A program made the translations under genes and the position numbers. Of a stretch of 64,000 nt of DNA, positions 39,505-49,610 are shown one piece after another. Origin of the DNA: Patescibacteria group bacterium (GTDB lineage Bacteria; Patescibacteriota; SICC01); the NCBI GenBank assembly GCA_040902515.1, contig JBBDXB010000006.1:574017-638016 (forward strand), read 5' to 3'. Below the pieces are notes generated by a model. It searched no databases, had not been told where the DNA came from, and saw only the letters and a program-made list of their open reading frames with translations. Position 1 is the stretch's first letter; the number at the start of each line of letters is the position of its first letter.

Positions 39505-40074
39505 ATGCCTGAAGATACGAAACTCCAGACCGTCCGGCAGATGCTGGAAACCGCCGAACAGAACCTGGCTACCGCCAAGCGGATGCTCGCGGAGCTGACC
39601 GGCGAGGCTCCGGCGGCCACGCAGGAGCGGACCGCCGATTTCGGCGTCAAGGCGGAGCGGCTCTCGGTCTCGTCCGAAGGACGGGTCATCGAAGGCGTCT
39701 TCGACGGGAAGGACATGATCGGTCCGGACAAGCGGAAGTATCCGGTACCCGCGAACTACGCCAGCAAGTCGAAGCTCGTGGCCGGCGACGTGCTCAAGCT
39801 CACCGTCACCGACGACGGCAGTTACATCTACAAGCAGATCGGTCCCGTGCCCCGGAAGAAGATGGTCGGCACGCTGACCCAGCAGGGGAATCAGTACCAG
39901 GTCGTGGCCGGCGGCAAGACCTTCAATGTCCTGCTCGCTTCCGTGACCTACTTCAAGGCGCAACCGGGCGACCAGGTCTCCGTGATCGTACCGGAGAGTC
40001 AGGACGCCGAGTGGGCGGCGGTCGACAACCTGATCGTGACTCCCGCGTCTTCCCAGACCGACTCCGACGCTTGA
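39505..40074 (+). CDS. Hypothetical protein (189 aa), N-terminal coiled-coil-like and C-terminal beta-rich region
   Basis: Clean ORF with high-GC codon usage; no motif recognised. Confidence 0.5.
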   Translation: MPEDTKLQTVRQMLETAEQNLATAKRMLAELTGEAPAATQERTADFGVKAERLSVSSEGRVIEGVFDGKDMIGPDKRKYPVPANYASKSKLVAGDVLKLTVTDDGSYIYKQIGPVPRKKMVGTLTQQGNQYQVVAGGKTFNVLLASVTYFKAQPGDQVSVIVPESQDAEWAAVDNLIVTPASSQTDSDA

Positions 40075-40091
40075 TTCCATTCCGCCACGAT

Positions 40092-40109
40092 GGTATACAT
40101 TAGTATACC
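40092..40109. promoter_or_regulatory. Perfect palindrome GGTATAC-atta-GTATACC upstream of dnaX; candidate operator
   Basis: Read directly from sequence; 7-bp arms around a 4-nt centre. Confidence 0.4.
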
Positions 40110-40301
40110 AGCCGTACTTTTCCCCAGCGGTCCGTGGATAAGCCCTGTGGGTAGGGTGTGCACAAGCCGCCCTCATAGCAGGCATCCATAATTACCGCTT
40201 GTCTGCTCGATTAGGCCGGAACGACGGCAATTCTTGAGATTACTGTATGCTTAGTTGTTTGGCGAGAGTGCGTCCGGGCCGATAGTAGAGAGCAGTCCGT
40301 T

Positions 40302-41840
40302 ATGACTCCAACCAACGCACCGAACACCGAATCCAGCGCCCTGTATCGCGTCCACCGCCCCCAGACTTTCACGGAACTGGCAGGGCAGGACCCGGTCGTC
40401 ACGGCGCTTCGCCAGGCCGTCGCGATGGAACGGGTGGGACATGCCTACCTGTTCACCGGACCGCGCGGCACCGGCAAGACCTCGACGGCGCGGATCCTGG
40501 CCAAGGCGGTGAATTGCGCGAAGCCCAAGCAGGGTGAACCGGACGGCACCTGCGATGCCTGCACGGCCATCGCCAGTGGCTCCTTCCTGGACCTGATCGA
40601 GGTCGATGCGGCCAGCAACCGTGGCATCGACGAGATCCGGGAGCTCCGCGACAAGGTGCGGGTGGCGCCGACCCTCGGCACGCGGAAGGTCTATCTGATC
40701 GACGAAGTCCACATGCTGACCAAGGAGGCCTGGGGCGCGCTACTCAAGACGCTCGAGGAGCCGCCGGAGTTCGTGACGTTCATCCTGGCGACGACGGAAC
40801 CGGAGAAGGTGCCGGCGACGATCAGTTCCCGCTGCCAGCGGTTCGATTTCCGTCCGGCGACCCCCCAGATGCTCCGGACGCGGCTGGAAGCGGTCGCGAA
40901 GGCGGAGTCGCTGAAGGTAGAGCCGGAAGCGCTTGAGGTCGTCGCGCGCGCCGCCGCCGGCTCGTTCCGCGATGCCCTCTCCATGCTCGACACGCTGGCC
41001 GCTTCGGGCGGCGCGGTTACCGCGTCGGCGACACGCGACGCGCTCGGTATCGCCGGCGACGCCCATCTCGACGCGTTGGAGACGGCGGTGCAGCGGCGCG
41101 ACCAGGCCGCGGCCCTGGGGGCCATCGACGAGGCGGCCCGCGCCGGCGTGGCGGCGGACGTGTTCCGGACGGCGTTGGTCTTCCGGCTCCGCGAGCGCCT
41201 ACACCAGGCCGCGGCCGGCAAGACCGACTGGTCCGCGCCCGATCTGATCCGCGCGCTCAAGCTCCTGCTGGCTGCCGGCGAGTGGGCGAAGGATAGTCCG
41301 GTGCCCGAGCTTCCGCTCGAGGTCGCCGTGATCGAATTCATCGGCGGTGTCGCCGCTCCGGCCCCATCCGTTCCTCCCGTAAACAAACCAACACGAAATC
41401 CGGCTGGAGGACCGGGGCCTGATGCTCCGGCCTCCGCCGGGCCGGCTCCGGCCGGTTCACGGCACGCGGCGCCGCAAGGGACTACTAAGCAGAATCCGCC
41501 GGCAAAGGCTCCGGCCGAACCGTCGGCCAAACAGGCGCCGCCGAAAGGTGCCCAGGATCTCTGGGAAAAGCTCCTGACGGCGACCAAGGACCGGTACTCG
41601 CTTTCCGTGTGCCTGCAGAAGACCAGGGCAACGGGCCTCGCCAAGGACACGCTCACGCTTGTCGTACAGTCACCGTTCTTCCTGAACAAGCTTGACGACC
41701 CGGCTACCCGCCGGGCGGTCGAGGGCGAGCTGGAGAAGCTCGCGGGCAAGAAGCTTTCGCTGGACTTGCAGCTCGCGGAGGCTTCGGAAGATCTCTTTGA
41801 GGACGCGCTGAAGACGTTCGACGGGGCGGAGGTGCAATGA
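40302..41840 (+). CDS. dnaX: DNA polymerase III subunit gamma/tau
   Basis: AAA+ clamp-loader motifs GHAYLFTGPRGTGKTS, zinc module CAKPKQGEPDGTCDACTA, DEVHML, SRC (SSRCQRF). Confidence 0.9.
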   Translation: MTPTNAPNTESSALYRVHRPQTFTELAGQDPVVTALRQAVAMERVGHAYLFTGPRGTGKTSTARILAKAVNCAKPKQGEPDGTCDACTAIASGSFLDLIEVDAASNRGIDEIRELRDKVRVAPTLGTRKVYLIDEVHMLTKEAWGALLKTLEEPPEFVTFILATTEPEKVPATISSRCQRFDFRPATPQMLRTRLEAVAKAESLKVEPEALEVVARAAAGSFRDALSMLDTLAASGGAVTASATRDALGIAGDAHLDALETAVQRRDQAAALGAIDEAARAGVAADVFRTALVFRLRERLHQAAAGKTDWSAPDLIRALKLLLAAGEWAKDSPVPELPLEVAVIEFIGGVAAPAPSVPPVNKPTRNPAGGPGPDAPASAGPAPAGSRHAAPQGTTKQNPPAKAPAEPSAKQAPPKGAQDLWEKLLTATKDRYSLSVCLQKTRATGLAKDTLTLVVQSPFFLNKLDDPATRRAVEGELEKLAGKKLSLDLQLAEASEDLFEDALKTFDGAEVQ

Positions 41841-43261
41841 CTCCCGAGTCCCGTCCCACCGCCGCCGCCACGCAGGCCCAGGGGCCGATGTTGCCGCAGA
41901 ACGTGGAGGCCGAAGCCGCCGTGCTCGGCAGCATCCTCCTCGAGGGTGAAGAGAAGATGGAGCTGGTCGTCGATCGGATCCAGCCGACCGACTTCTACCG
42001 CAAAGCCAACCAGCTCGTGTTCGAGGCGATGCTCGACGTCTTCAAGAAGAACCAGGAACTCGACATCCTCACCGTCACGCACCGGCTGGAAGAGAAGGAC
42101 GTGATCGAACAGATCGGCGGCGCCTCGTACCTCGCCGACCTGACCAGCTCGGTCCCGTCCACCACCAACCTGCCGGCCTACGCCAAGATCGTCGAAGAGA
42201 GTTCGATCCAGCGGCAGGTGATTACGGTGGCCGGGGAAGTCCGGGACAAGGCGTTCGGCGAGGATTTCGAGAGCGTGAAACACCTGGTCGACTTCGCGCA
42301 GAAGCGGCTGTTCGAAGTCGGCCAGGATTTTGCGAAACAGGACTTCACCACGCTGACCCAGGAACTCGACCATTCATTCGAACGCTACGACCTGGCGCAC
42401 CAGAACCGCGGCCAGCTCCACGGCGTGCCCACCGGCTTCAAGTCGCTCGACAACAAACTCTCGGGGCTCCAGCCGGCCAACCTGGTGATCCTGGCCGCCC
42501 GTCCCTCGATGGGTAAGACGACCCTGGCGCTCAACATCGCGCGGAACGCCGCGGTCAAGCACGGCAAGAAGATCGGCATGTTCAGCCTGGAGATGAGCGC
42601 CGACCAGCTGGTGGACCGGCTGGTGTCGCTGGAGGCAGGCATCGACTCCTGGAAGCTCCGCACCGGCCTGCTCGGGGAACGCGACTTCGCGAAGATCGCG
42701 AACGCCATGGACGCGCTCTCTCGCGCCGAGATCTTCGTGGACGACAACTCGGCCCTGACGGTAATGGACATGCGCGCCCGGGCGCGGCGGCTCCACGCCA
42801 CCAAGGGGCTCGACATGGTGATCGTGGACTACCTGCAGATGATGGATGCCGGCGGCGCGAAGTCGGACAACCGCGTGCAGGAAATCTCGGAGATCTCGCG
42901 GGCGCTCAAGTCGCTGGCCCGGGAGCTGAAGGTCCCCGTGCTCGCGCTCTCCCAGCTCTCCCGGGCGGTCGAGCAACGCGATCGCAAGCAGCCCGAGCTC
43001 TCCGACCTCCGGGAATCCGGTGCGATCGAGCAGGACGCCGACGTGGTGATGTTCATCTATCGCGACGACTACTACCGGAAGGATTCGGACCGGCCGAACA
43101 TCGCCGACATCATGATCAAGAAGCATCGGAACGGCCCCACCGGCCAAGTCGAACTGTACTTCTCCGGCGATCGCCAGAAGTTCAGCGATCTCGAGAGGCA
43201 TGCGCCGTCGGAAGCATCCGGGCCGCCGCCTGCCGACGAAGCGCCGCCGCCGTCTGAGTAG
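41837..43261 (+). CDS. dnaB: Replicative DNA helicase DnaB
   Basis: N-terminal DnaG-interaction domain (PQNVEAEAAVLGSILL); Walker A ARPSMGKTTLALN; Walker B MVIVDYLQ; QLSR arginine finger. Start overlaps dnaX stop. Confidence 0.9.
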   Translation: MTPESRPTAAATQAQGPMLPQNVEAEAAVLGSILLEGEEKMELVVDRIQPTDFYRKANQLVFEAMLDVFKKNQELDILTVTHRLEEKDVIEQIGGASYLADLTSSVPSTTNLPAYAKIVEESSIQRQVITVAGEVRDKAFGEDFESVKHLVDFAQKRLFEVGQDFAKQDFTTLTQELDHSFERYDLAHQNRGQLHGVPTGFKSLDNKLSGLQPANLVILAARPSMGKTTLALNIARNAAVKHGKKIGMFSLEMSADQLVDRLVSLEAGIDSWKLRTGLLGERDFAKIANAMDALSRAEIFVDDNSALTVMDMRARARRLHATKGLDMVIVDYLQMMDAGGAKSDNRVQEISEISRALKSLARELKVPVLALSQLSRAVEQRDRKQPELSDLRESGAIEQDADVVMFIYRDDYYRKDSDRPNIADIMIKKHRNGPTGQVELYFSGDRQKFSDLERHAPSEASGPPPADEAPPPSE

Positions 43262-43492
43262 GTGTACCCGCCCGGAACGCACCTCGGACGCGTCGTTCGG
43301 CGCTCCTGGGCTCGGTTGGCGCCTCACTTATCAGCACCAGCGTCCTCGATACATTCCGGGCAGGCACATGATCCGGCAGGCTCTTCACATCGACCGTGGG
43401 CTTCGCTAGGATGGGCTCTGCGCAAACGAATACATCGTGGGCGCTTTTTATTTCAGTCCGTAGCCACCCGGCCCGCAAGGCCGCCTCGAACC

Positions 43493-44230
43493 ATGAAACT
43501 TTCCATCGTCATTCCTGCCTATAACGAAGCCCGGCGCCTGCCGAGCACGCTCGCCAGTATCGCGGAGTACCTCGAGGTCTCCGACCTGTCCGCGGAAGTG
43601 ATCATCGTCGACGACGGTTCCGGCGATCGGACGGTTAAGGCCGCCAAAAGCGTGCCGGGACGCGGCATGCCGCCGAAGGTAATCGGCTTCGAAGGGAACC
43701 GCGGCAAGGGCGCTGCCGTCCGCGAAGGGCTTCTCGCCGCGACCGGCGACTTCGTCCTGTTCATGGATGCCGACAACTCCACGCACATCTCCGAGGTCGA
43801 GAAGCTCTTGGCGGCGGCTACCGGCACGGAAGCGCCGGAAGTCGTGGTCGGCAGCCGCTACCTGCCGGGTTCCGACATCCGGATCAGGCAGCCGTGGTAC
43901 CGCGTCTGGATCTCCCGCTGGGGGAACCGCCTGATTCGCTACGCGGTACTGCCGGGCGTGATCGACACGCAGTGCGGCTTCAAGCTCCTGCGCCGGGACG
44001 CTGCCCGGGAAATCGCTTCCGCGATGACCCGCGAAGGGTTCAGCTTCGACATCGAGCTCCTCACGATCGCGCGGCACTACGGCTACCGGATCGCGGAGGT
44101 GCCGGTGAACTGGTACGACACGCCGGGCACGCGGCTCCGGCCGATCCGCTCGGCCTTCCGGACGCTCCGCGACCTGATCGCGATCCGTTTCAACCTCGTG
44201 CGCGGCCGATACGCGCCAGTGACGAAGTAG
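43493..44230 (+). CDS. Glycosyltransferase family 2 (polyprenyl-phosphate sugar transferase / DPM1-like)
   Basis: LSIVIPAYNE, IIVDDGSGDRT, FMDADNS (DxD), QCGFKLL motifs. The track ORF 43262-44230 is an upstream extension, trimmed to ATG 43493. Confidence 0.8.
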   Translation: MKLSIVIPAYNEARRLPSTLASIAEYLEVSDLSAEVIIVDDGSGDRTVKAAKSVPGRGMPPKVIGFEGNRGKGAAVREGLLAATGDFVLFMDADNSTHISEVEKLLAAATGTEAPEVVVGSRYLPGSDIRIRQPWYRVWISRWGNRLIRYAVLPGVIDTQCGFKLLRRDAAREIASAMTREGFSFDIELLTIARHYGYRIAEVPVNWYDTPGTRLRPIRSAFRTLRDLIAIRFNLVRGRYAPVTK

Positions 44231-44232
44231 CC

Positions 44233-44688
44233 ATGGCGTGGCCACGTGGCAGCAGGGCAGAAGGGGCGGGGATCGGATTTCCCTTGGATGAAATCGAAGC
44301 CATCGAACGGCGAACGGACGAGTCCGCCAAGATCCTGGACGCCAACATCGCGTTCGCCAGGCATAAGACCGGCGAGACGTTGGATGAAGACGACAGGCAG
44401 GCGTTAGAGTACCTGCAGGCTGCACTGACCGAAATCCGGCAGGATGCCGGCTCTGATCCGGTGCATATGACAGAACCGCGGAAGGGTTTTGTTTCGGCAG
44501 TGAGGGGTACCGTCCGGCGGGAGGCAGACGGTGATGCACGGAGCGCGCTCCTTGAGCGGCTGTCCGATACTACCGGCGCCGTGCTGGCCGATCAGGAGGT
44601 CAGGGCGGTCGAGGTCAGCCATGCTCAACGATTCCTCGTGCGTGTCGGCGAATTCAATCATGAACGGCTTGTCCGGTCGCGCGGTTAG
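44233..44688 (+). CDS. Hypothetical protein (151 aa)
   Basis: ORF beginning 3 nt after the GT2 stop; no motif recognised. Confidence 0.4.
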   Translation: MAWPRGSRAEGAGIGFPLDEIEAIERRTDESAKILDANIAFARHKTGETLDEDDRQALEYLQAALTEIRQDAGSDPVHMTEPRKGFVSAVRGTVRREADGDARSALLERLSDTTGAVLADQEVRAVEVSHAQRFLVRVGEFNHERLVRSRG

Positions 44689-44703
44689 ACGTACCGTAGA
44701 GTC

Positions 44704-45015
44704 ATGGCATTCGACAAGATGAAGCAGGCCAAGGAGCTCAACGAGTTCCGGAAGCAGGCTCAGAAGATCCAAAAGGAGCTCCGTGACACCCTGATCGAGG
44801 TAACGGAGGCCGAGGGCAAGGTGAAAGTCGTGTTCACCGGCGAGCAGAAGCTCGAGGAAGTGGCAATCGACGAATCGCTGCTCGAGAAGGGCAACAAGAA
44901 GGACCTCGAGAACCACCTGAAGAGCGCGGTCAGCCAGGCGATCAAGCAGTCGCAGCAGGTCGCGGCCCAGAAGATGCAATCCATCACCGGCGGCATGGGC
45001 CTGCCGGGGATGTAG
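44704..45015 (+). CDS. ybaB: Nucleoid-associated protein YbaB/EbfC
   Basis: 103 aa; MKQAKELNEFRKQAQKIQKEL...GGMGLPGM typical of the YbaB family. Confidence 0.85.
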   Translation: MAFDKMKQAKELNEFRKQAQKIQKELRDTLIEVTEAEGKVKVVFTGEQKLEEVAIDESLLEKGNKKDLENHLKSAVSQAIKQSQQVAAQKMQSITGGMGLPGM

Positions 45016-45147
45016 CCCCGATCGTCCCGGACAAGGCATAGGATTGACTTTTTGCCTTAATAGAGGTATAAAAGAGTGCTTTAGTGATGGCGGAAATACC
45101 CGTTATTGATTAAGGCATGTACCTGTACACGACAGAAAGGATGCCGG

Positions 45148-45681
45148 ATGGCAGCTCAGATCCAACGGCAGATCCAGAAGGCGTTCGGTGGAATGCTGGC
45201 GGTCTACAAGGGCCTTGAGGGCGAGGGATACTTCGGGCACCGGGGACCGTTCCACGCCAAGGTGTCGATCGAGTTGGACGGCAAGCGACTCGTTGAGTAT
45301 GAGGAGTCTCTCGGCTCCCCGGGACCGGATCGTCCTCCGTTCGATGCGATCGCAAGGAGCAAGCACGCGATCTCACGTCGCGCCGGAGAGGACACCGTCG
45401 ACGTTCCGCTCGCAGACCGCATGATCGGCGACACGCAGTACTGGGGCTCCGTCGTTCGGGAGTTCGAGGGGGGCCGCATCATCGTCGCCATCTCCGGTCT
45501 CCAGCCCTGGTTCGACGAGGCGCTCTCCGGCGTTCTCGCCAGCATCCTGCTCGGCCTCCTCAAGCACGAGGAGCTGGTACCCCAGGGCTTCGAGCCCGAC
45601 CGCAGCAGGCCGGACTTCCTCACCGAGGAGTGGTTGAGCGAGCTCCCCGAGTCCCACGCGGCCGAGTCGGCCTGGCCGTAA
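45148..45681 (+). CDS. Hypothetical protein (alternative start 45106)
   Basis: ORF between ybaB and recR; no motif recognised. Confidence 0.4.
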   Translation: MAAQIQRQIQKAFGGMLAVYKGLEGEGYFGHRGPFHAKVSIELDGKRLVEYEESLGSPGPDRPPFDAIARSKHAISRRAGEDTVDVPLADRMIGDTQYWGSVVREFEGGRIIVAISGLQPWFDEALSGVLASILLGLLKHEELVPQGFEPDRSRPDFLTEEWLSELPESHAAESAWP

Positions 45682-45798
45682 GCCAAGGCAACCACAATAG
45701 GGACCAGACATCGACGATCTGGCCCTCCCACGGGCTTTCGAGATACAATCCATTTCGAAAGCCCGTTTTTATTCCCTGCGACTATTCAAGCAAACGTG

Positions 45799-46263
45799 TC
45801 AGCGGGCATGGGCTATCATCTCTGCCGGCTGTGCTTCGAATAGTTCGGCGACCGCCGCTGCATCGGCCGATACGCTTCCCACCGTCGAATCCGCGGAAAT
45901 CGGAATCTCGATCTGCACCAGCGAGCAAGACGTATCCGGAATTGGTCGTACTCGCCCGATCTGTCCGGCGACCGTACGGTTCGCGGGAGTTAGCGTATCG
46001 TAATCAATGAACATTACGGCTACTCGGTCGTGCCGGTTGGCCGAAGTAAGCGTGGTCCGGACATTCTTGTCGAACAGCATCTGGCAGGCTTCCACAAGCG
46101 GCTGCTCTACGAATCGTGGAATGTTCTCACGGTGGAAATGCAAGCACGACAGGTAGTGAAGCGGCTCGACCTCGCGCACCGAAGCGGTAGGCGGGAGCAC
46201 CTCCGGCATCGGAGGGTCGATCGGGAACTCATACGTCTGCTCTTGCTGTTCCGAGATGGCCAT
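45799..46263 (-). CDS. Hypothetical protein, divergent from recR
   Basis: ORF MAISEQQEQTYEFPIDPP... with plausible composition; start only ~20 nt from the recR start on the opposite strand. Confidence 0.35.
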   Translation of the reverse strand: MAISEQQEQTYEFPIDPPMPEVLPPTASVREVEPLHYLSCLHFHRENIPRFVEQPLVEACQMLFDKNVRTTLTSANRHDRVAVMFIDYDTLTPANRTVAGQIGRVRPIPDTSCSLVQIEIPISADSTVGSVSADAAAVAELFEAQPAEMIAHAR

Positions 46264-46282
46264 AGCTGGATATACTAAACCC

Positions 46283-46882
46283 ATGCAGATCATTCCCACA
46301 AGCATCGAACGGCTGATCGCGGAACTGGAGAAACTCCCCGGCATCGGGCCGAAGTCGGCAAGCCGGCTCGCGTTCTACCTGATCAAGGCGCCGCAGCAGG
46401 ACGTGGAAGGACTCGGCCAGTCGCTCCTGACCCTCAAGGAGGGGCTCCAGCACTGCCGGACCTGCTTCAACTTCGCGGAGTCGGAGCAATGCGCGGTCTG
46501 CGCCAGCGCCGGCCGGGACGACCACTCCATCTGCGTGGTCGAGGATCCGCTGGACATTGTGGCTCTCGAGCGCGCCGGCCGCTTCAAGGGCCGCTACCAC
46601 GTGCTGCATGGCGCGATCGCGCCGATCGAGGGAATCGGTCCCGAGCAACTCAAGGTCGCCGAGCTGGTCGAGCGGCTGAAAGGCGCGGCGGTCGAGGAGG
46701 TGATCATCGCCACCAATCCGAACCTGGAAGGAGAGGCGACGGCGCTTTATATACAGAAGCTGATCAAGCCGCTGGTGCCGACGGTCACCCGGCTGGCCTC
46801 GGGCCTGCCGATGGGCGGCGACCTCGAATATGCCGACGAGCTGACCCTCTCCCGTGCCCTCGACGGTCGACGGGAATTCTAA
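46283..46882 (+). CDS. recR: Recombination protein RecR
   Basis: HhH LPGIGPKSASRLAFYL; C4 zinc finger CRTCFNFAESEQCAVC; Toprim ICVVEDPLD. Track ORF starts at 46256; the ATG at 46283 (MQIIP) is preferred. Confidence 0.9.
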   Translation: MQIIPTSIERLIAELEKLPGIGPKSASRLAFYLIKAPQQDVEGLGQSLLTLKEGLQHCRTCFNFAESEQCAVCASAGRDDHSICVVEDPLDIVALERAGRFKGRYHVLHGAIAPIEGIGPEQLKVAELVERLKGAAVEEVIIATNPNLEGEATALYIQKLIKPLVPTVTRLASGLPMGGDLEYADELTLSRALDGRREF

Positions 46883-46934
46883 GGACTGTTCATCGAGACT
46901 GACGGCCACAGGCGCGGTGCGCTACCCTTAAGAT

Positions 46935-47912
46935 ATGCCTGTCCTTGGACTCAGGAAGAAACAGCCTGCCGATGTAAGCCCGGCGCGCGCCCGTACGAAC
47001 GTGCGAAAGGTCTCGCAGGGCGACCTCACCTGGTATGATTTCGCGCATCCGACCGAGGCGGATGTCCGCTATGTCGAGCGGAACTTCCGGTTCCACCCGC
47101 TCGATCTCGCCGACGTCCGCTCCACCAAGCAGCGTCCCAAGCTCGACAGCTACGAAGACTACCTGTTCCTGATCGTCCACGTCCCGCACTTCGACCGTGC
47201 CAACCGGCGCCTGCTCCAGGAAGAAGTCGACATCTTCGTCAACCGGACCTCCCTGGTGACGCTCCACTCGGGGCGGATCAAGCCGCTCAGCGGCCTGTTC
47301 GCGGAGGTAAGGCGCTCGGCGGCACTCCGTGAGAAGCACATGGGGCACGGCTCCGGCTTCCTGCTGTACGAGCTGATCTCCCGGCTCTACGCCGAGGGAT
47401 TCCCGATGCTCGACAAGATCGCGGGCCGACTCAATACGCTGGAACAGGACATCCTCCGGGGCCGGAAGACCAAGAATGCCGCCGAGGAGCTCTCGCATCT
47501 GAAGCTCGAGATCATCAACTTCCGGCGGATCATCCGCCCGCAGCGCGAGCTGGTGCGCCAGCTCGAGACGGTGAAGAAACGCTTCCTGCCCGACCGGCTC
47601 GACGTGTACTTCGACGACGTCCACGACTCGATCGAGCGCATGAGCGACCTGCTCGAGAACTACCGCGAGGTGGCGCAGTCGCTCGAGGATACGAACGAGA
47701 CGTTCATCCAGCACCGCACCAACAACGTGGTGAAGATGCTGACGATCATCTCCCTGATCACGCTGCCGGGCGCGACGATCTCCGGCATCCTCGCGATGAA
47801 CCTGCGCTATCCGTTCCCCGTGAACGAGACGACGTTCTTCGTCACGGTGGGGGCGTCCCTCAGCGCGGCGGTCCTGCTGTTCACGTTCATGCTGTACAAG
47901 CGGTGGCTCTAG
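46935..47912 (+). CDS. corA: CorA family magnesium/cobalt transporter
   Basis: Two C-terminal TM helices with AMN (GMN-variant) motif ILAMNLRYPF, C-terminal KRWL; cytoplasmic N-terminal domain. Confidence 0.8.
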   Translation: MPVLGLRKKQPADVSPARARTNVRKVSQGDLTWYDFAHPTEADVRYVERNFRFHPLDLADVRSTKQRPKLDSYEDYLFLIVHVPHFDRANRRLLQEEVDIFVNRTSLVTLHSGRIKPLSGLFAEVRRSAALREKHMGHGSGFLLYELISRLYAEGFPMLDKIAGRLNTLEQDILRGRKTKNAAEELSHLKLEIINFRRIIRPQRELVRQLETVKKRFLPDRLDVYFDDVHDSIERMSDLLENYREVAQSLEDTNETFIQHRTNNVVKMLTIISLITLPGATISGILAMNLRYPFPVNETTFFVTVGASLSAAVLLFTFMLYKRWL

Positions 47913-47913
47913 G

Positions 47914-49326
47914 ATGACGCTCGCGCTCTACAACACGCTGCGCCGGAAGAAGGAGCCGTTCGAGCCGTCGGCCAAGACGGTCTCGATGTACGTGTGCGGC
48001 CCCACGGTCTACGACGCCGCTCACATCGGGAACCTCCGCACGTACGTGTTCGAGGATGTCCTGCGTCGCTGGCTCAGGCACGGCCATGGCTATCGCGTGA
48101 AGCAGGTGATGAACGTCACCGACATCGAGGACAAGATTATCGCCGGGGCAAAGGCGAAGACGCTGGACGACGTCCGGGCGTTCACCGCACCTCACGAGCA
48201 GCGCTTCTTCGCCGACCTGCGGGCGCTCGGCATCGAGCAGGCGGAATCGTACCCGAAAGCAACGGAGTACGTACCCCAGATGATTGCCCTGATCGAGCGG
48301 ATCATGGAGGCCGGGTTCGCCTACGAACGGGAAGGTTCCGTGTACTTCGACGTGCGGCGGTACAACGACCGCCATGGTTACGGCGTACTGCAGAAGATCG
48401 ACCTGTCCGGCTTCAATTCGCAGGCACGGATCGATAACGACGAGTATGACAAGGAGACGGCACAGGACTTCGCGCTCTGGAAGACGGAGCCCGCAGGCGC
48501 GCCCGGATGGAAGAGCCCGTGGGGACACGGCCGGCCGGGTTGGCACATCGAATGTTCGACGATGGCGGAAGTGGAGCTCGGCGGCAAACTCCCCATCGAC
48601 ATCCATGCCGGGGCGGTGGACCTTTCGTTCCCGCACCACGAGAACGAAGTCGCCCAGACCAAGGCGGCGACCGGGAAGGACTTGGCCCGGTTCTTCGTGC
48701 ACGGCGAACACCTGCTGATCGACGGCGAGAAGATGGCGAAGTCGGAAGGGAACGTGGTCACGCTGGAGGACGTCACGGCAAAAGAGTACCGGCCGGTACA
48801 TCTCAGGATCTTGTTCCTCCAGGCGCACTACCGGAGCAAGCTGAACTTCACCTGGGAGAGCCTGGCGGCTGCCAAGGAGAGTCACGGGCGCATCCAGGCG
48901 TTCTATGACCGGCTGGCTACCGCTCCCGTGCCTGCCACGGAAGATCCGGCGGCAGTGGCGAAGCTGATCGCCGAGGCGCGCGAGCGGTTCGAACGGGCGA
49001 TGGACGATGACCTGAACACCGCCGGAGCGTTGGCTGCCGTCTTCGACTTCGTGCGCGACGGGAACGCCCTGATCGACCAGGGCGAACTGGACGACGCGGA
49101 CATGGGTGCCGTGCTTCGCGCGCTGAAGGAGTGGAACGCCGTGCTCGGCGTGTTCATGCTCCAGGCTGGCCGTGCGCCGACTGCAGTCGCGAAGCTCGCC
49201 GAGGAACGGCAAGCGGCTCGCGGACGTGGCGAGTACCAGGCCGCCGATGAGCTCAGGCAGCGGATCGAAGCCAAGGGGTGGTTGGTCGAGGACACTTCGG
49301 ACGGTCCGCGCCTGCGGAAGCGCTGA
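47914..49326 (+). CDS. cysS: Cysteine--tRNA ligase
   Basis: HIGN (HIGH), zinc-binding Cys, KMAKSEGN (KMSKS), C-terminal anticodon-binding domain. Confidence 0.9.
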   Translation: MTLALYNTLRRKKEPFEPSAKTVSMYVCGPTVYDAAHIGNLRTYVFEDVLRRWLRHGHGYRVKQVMNVTDIEDKIIAGAKAKTLDDVRAFTAPHEQRFFADLRALGIEQAESYPKATEYVPQMIALIERIMEAGFAYEREGSVYFDVRRYNDRHGYGVLQKIDLSGFNSQARIDNDEYDKETAQDFALWKTEPAGAPGWKSPWGHGRPGWHIECSTMAEVELGGKLPIDIHAGAVDLSFPHHENEVAQTKAATGKDLARFFVHGEHLLIDGEKMAKSEGNVVTLEDVTAKEYRPVHLRILFLQAHYRSKLNFTWESLAAAKESHGRIQAFYDRLATAPVPATEDPAAVAKLIAEARERFERAMDDDLNTAGALAAVFDFVRDGNALIDQGELDDADMGAVLRALKEWNAVLGVFMLQAGRAPTAVAKLAEERQAARGRGEYQAADELRQRIEAKGWLVEDTSDGPRLRKR

Positions 49327-49435
49327 TCGTACGTTTGTGAAATCTCACAAGTGATTTGTCAGGCATGGTTGCGCACGCCTGGGCGTGCGTGTAGGATAAC
49401 CGCGCAGTAAAAAATAACGCACGAGGAGGTAACCC

Positions 49436-49591
49436 ATGGTGCAAGCATACTGCGTAAAGGAACGTAAGAAGGTCGAGATGAAGGACCCGAAAGAGGTCAC
49501 TCTCAAGAACGGCCGCCCGGCAGTCTCAGGCGTATGCCCTGACTGCGGCACGAAGCTCTTCAAGATCGGCAAGCTCGATCCGGAAAGCTAA
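49436..49591 (+). CDS. Small (51 aa) Cys-containing protein resembling DUF5679-type zinc-ribbon-like proteins (first CxxC degenerate: CVKE); strong RBS
   Basis: aggaggt SD 7 nt upstream of ATG; MVQAYCVKERKKVEMKDPKEVTLKNGRPAVSGVCPDCGTKLFKIGK; not in the ORF track (below size cut-off); followed by a strong terminator. Confidence 0.5.
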   Translation: MVQAYCVKERKKVEMKDPKEVTLKNGRPAVSGVCPDCGTKLFKIGKLDPES

Positions 49592-49610
49592 GTCTACGTC
49601 TGACTGATGA

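Noticed and set aside
40075-40301. Possible SRP (4.5S/ffs) RNA upstream of dnaX, as in the common ffs-dnaX-ybaB-recR arrangement
   Set aside because: I could not find the conserved helix-8 motif (CCGGAAGGAAGCAGC or close variants); only ccggaacgacggc is present. Not called; a cmsearch with RF00169 would settle it.
43262-43492. N-terminal 77-aa extension of the GT2 ORF
   Set aside because: The extension is Arg/Pro-rich with no homology. The conserved GT2 N-terminus (MKLSIVIPAYNE) begins at ATG 43493.
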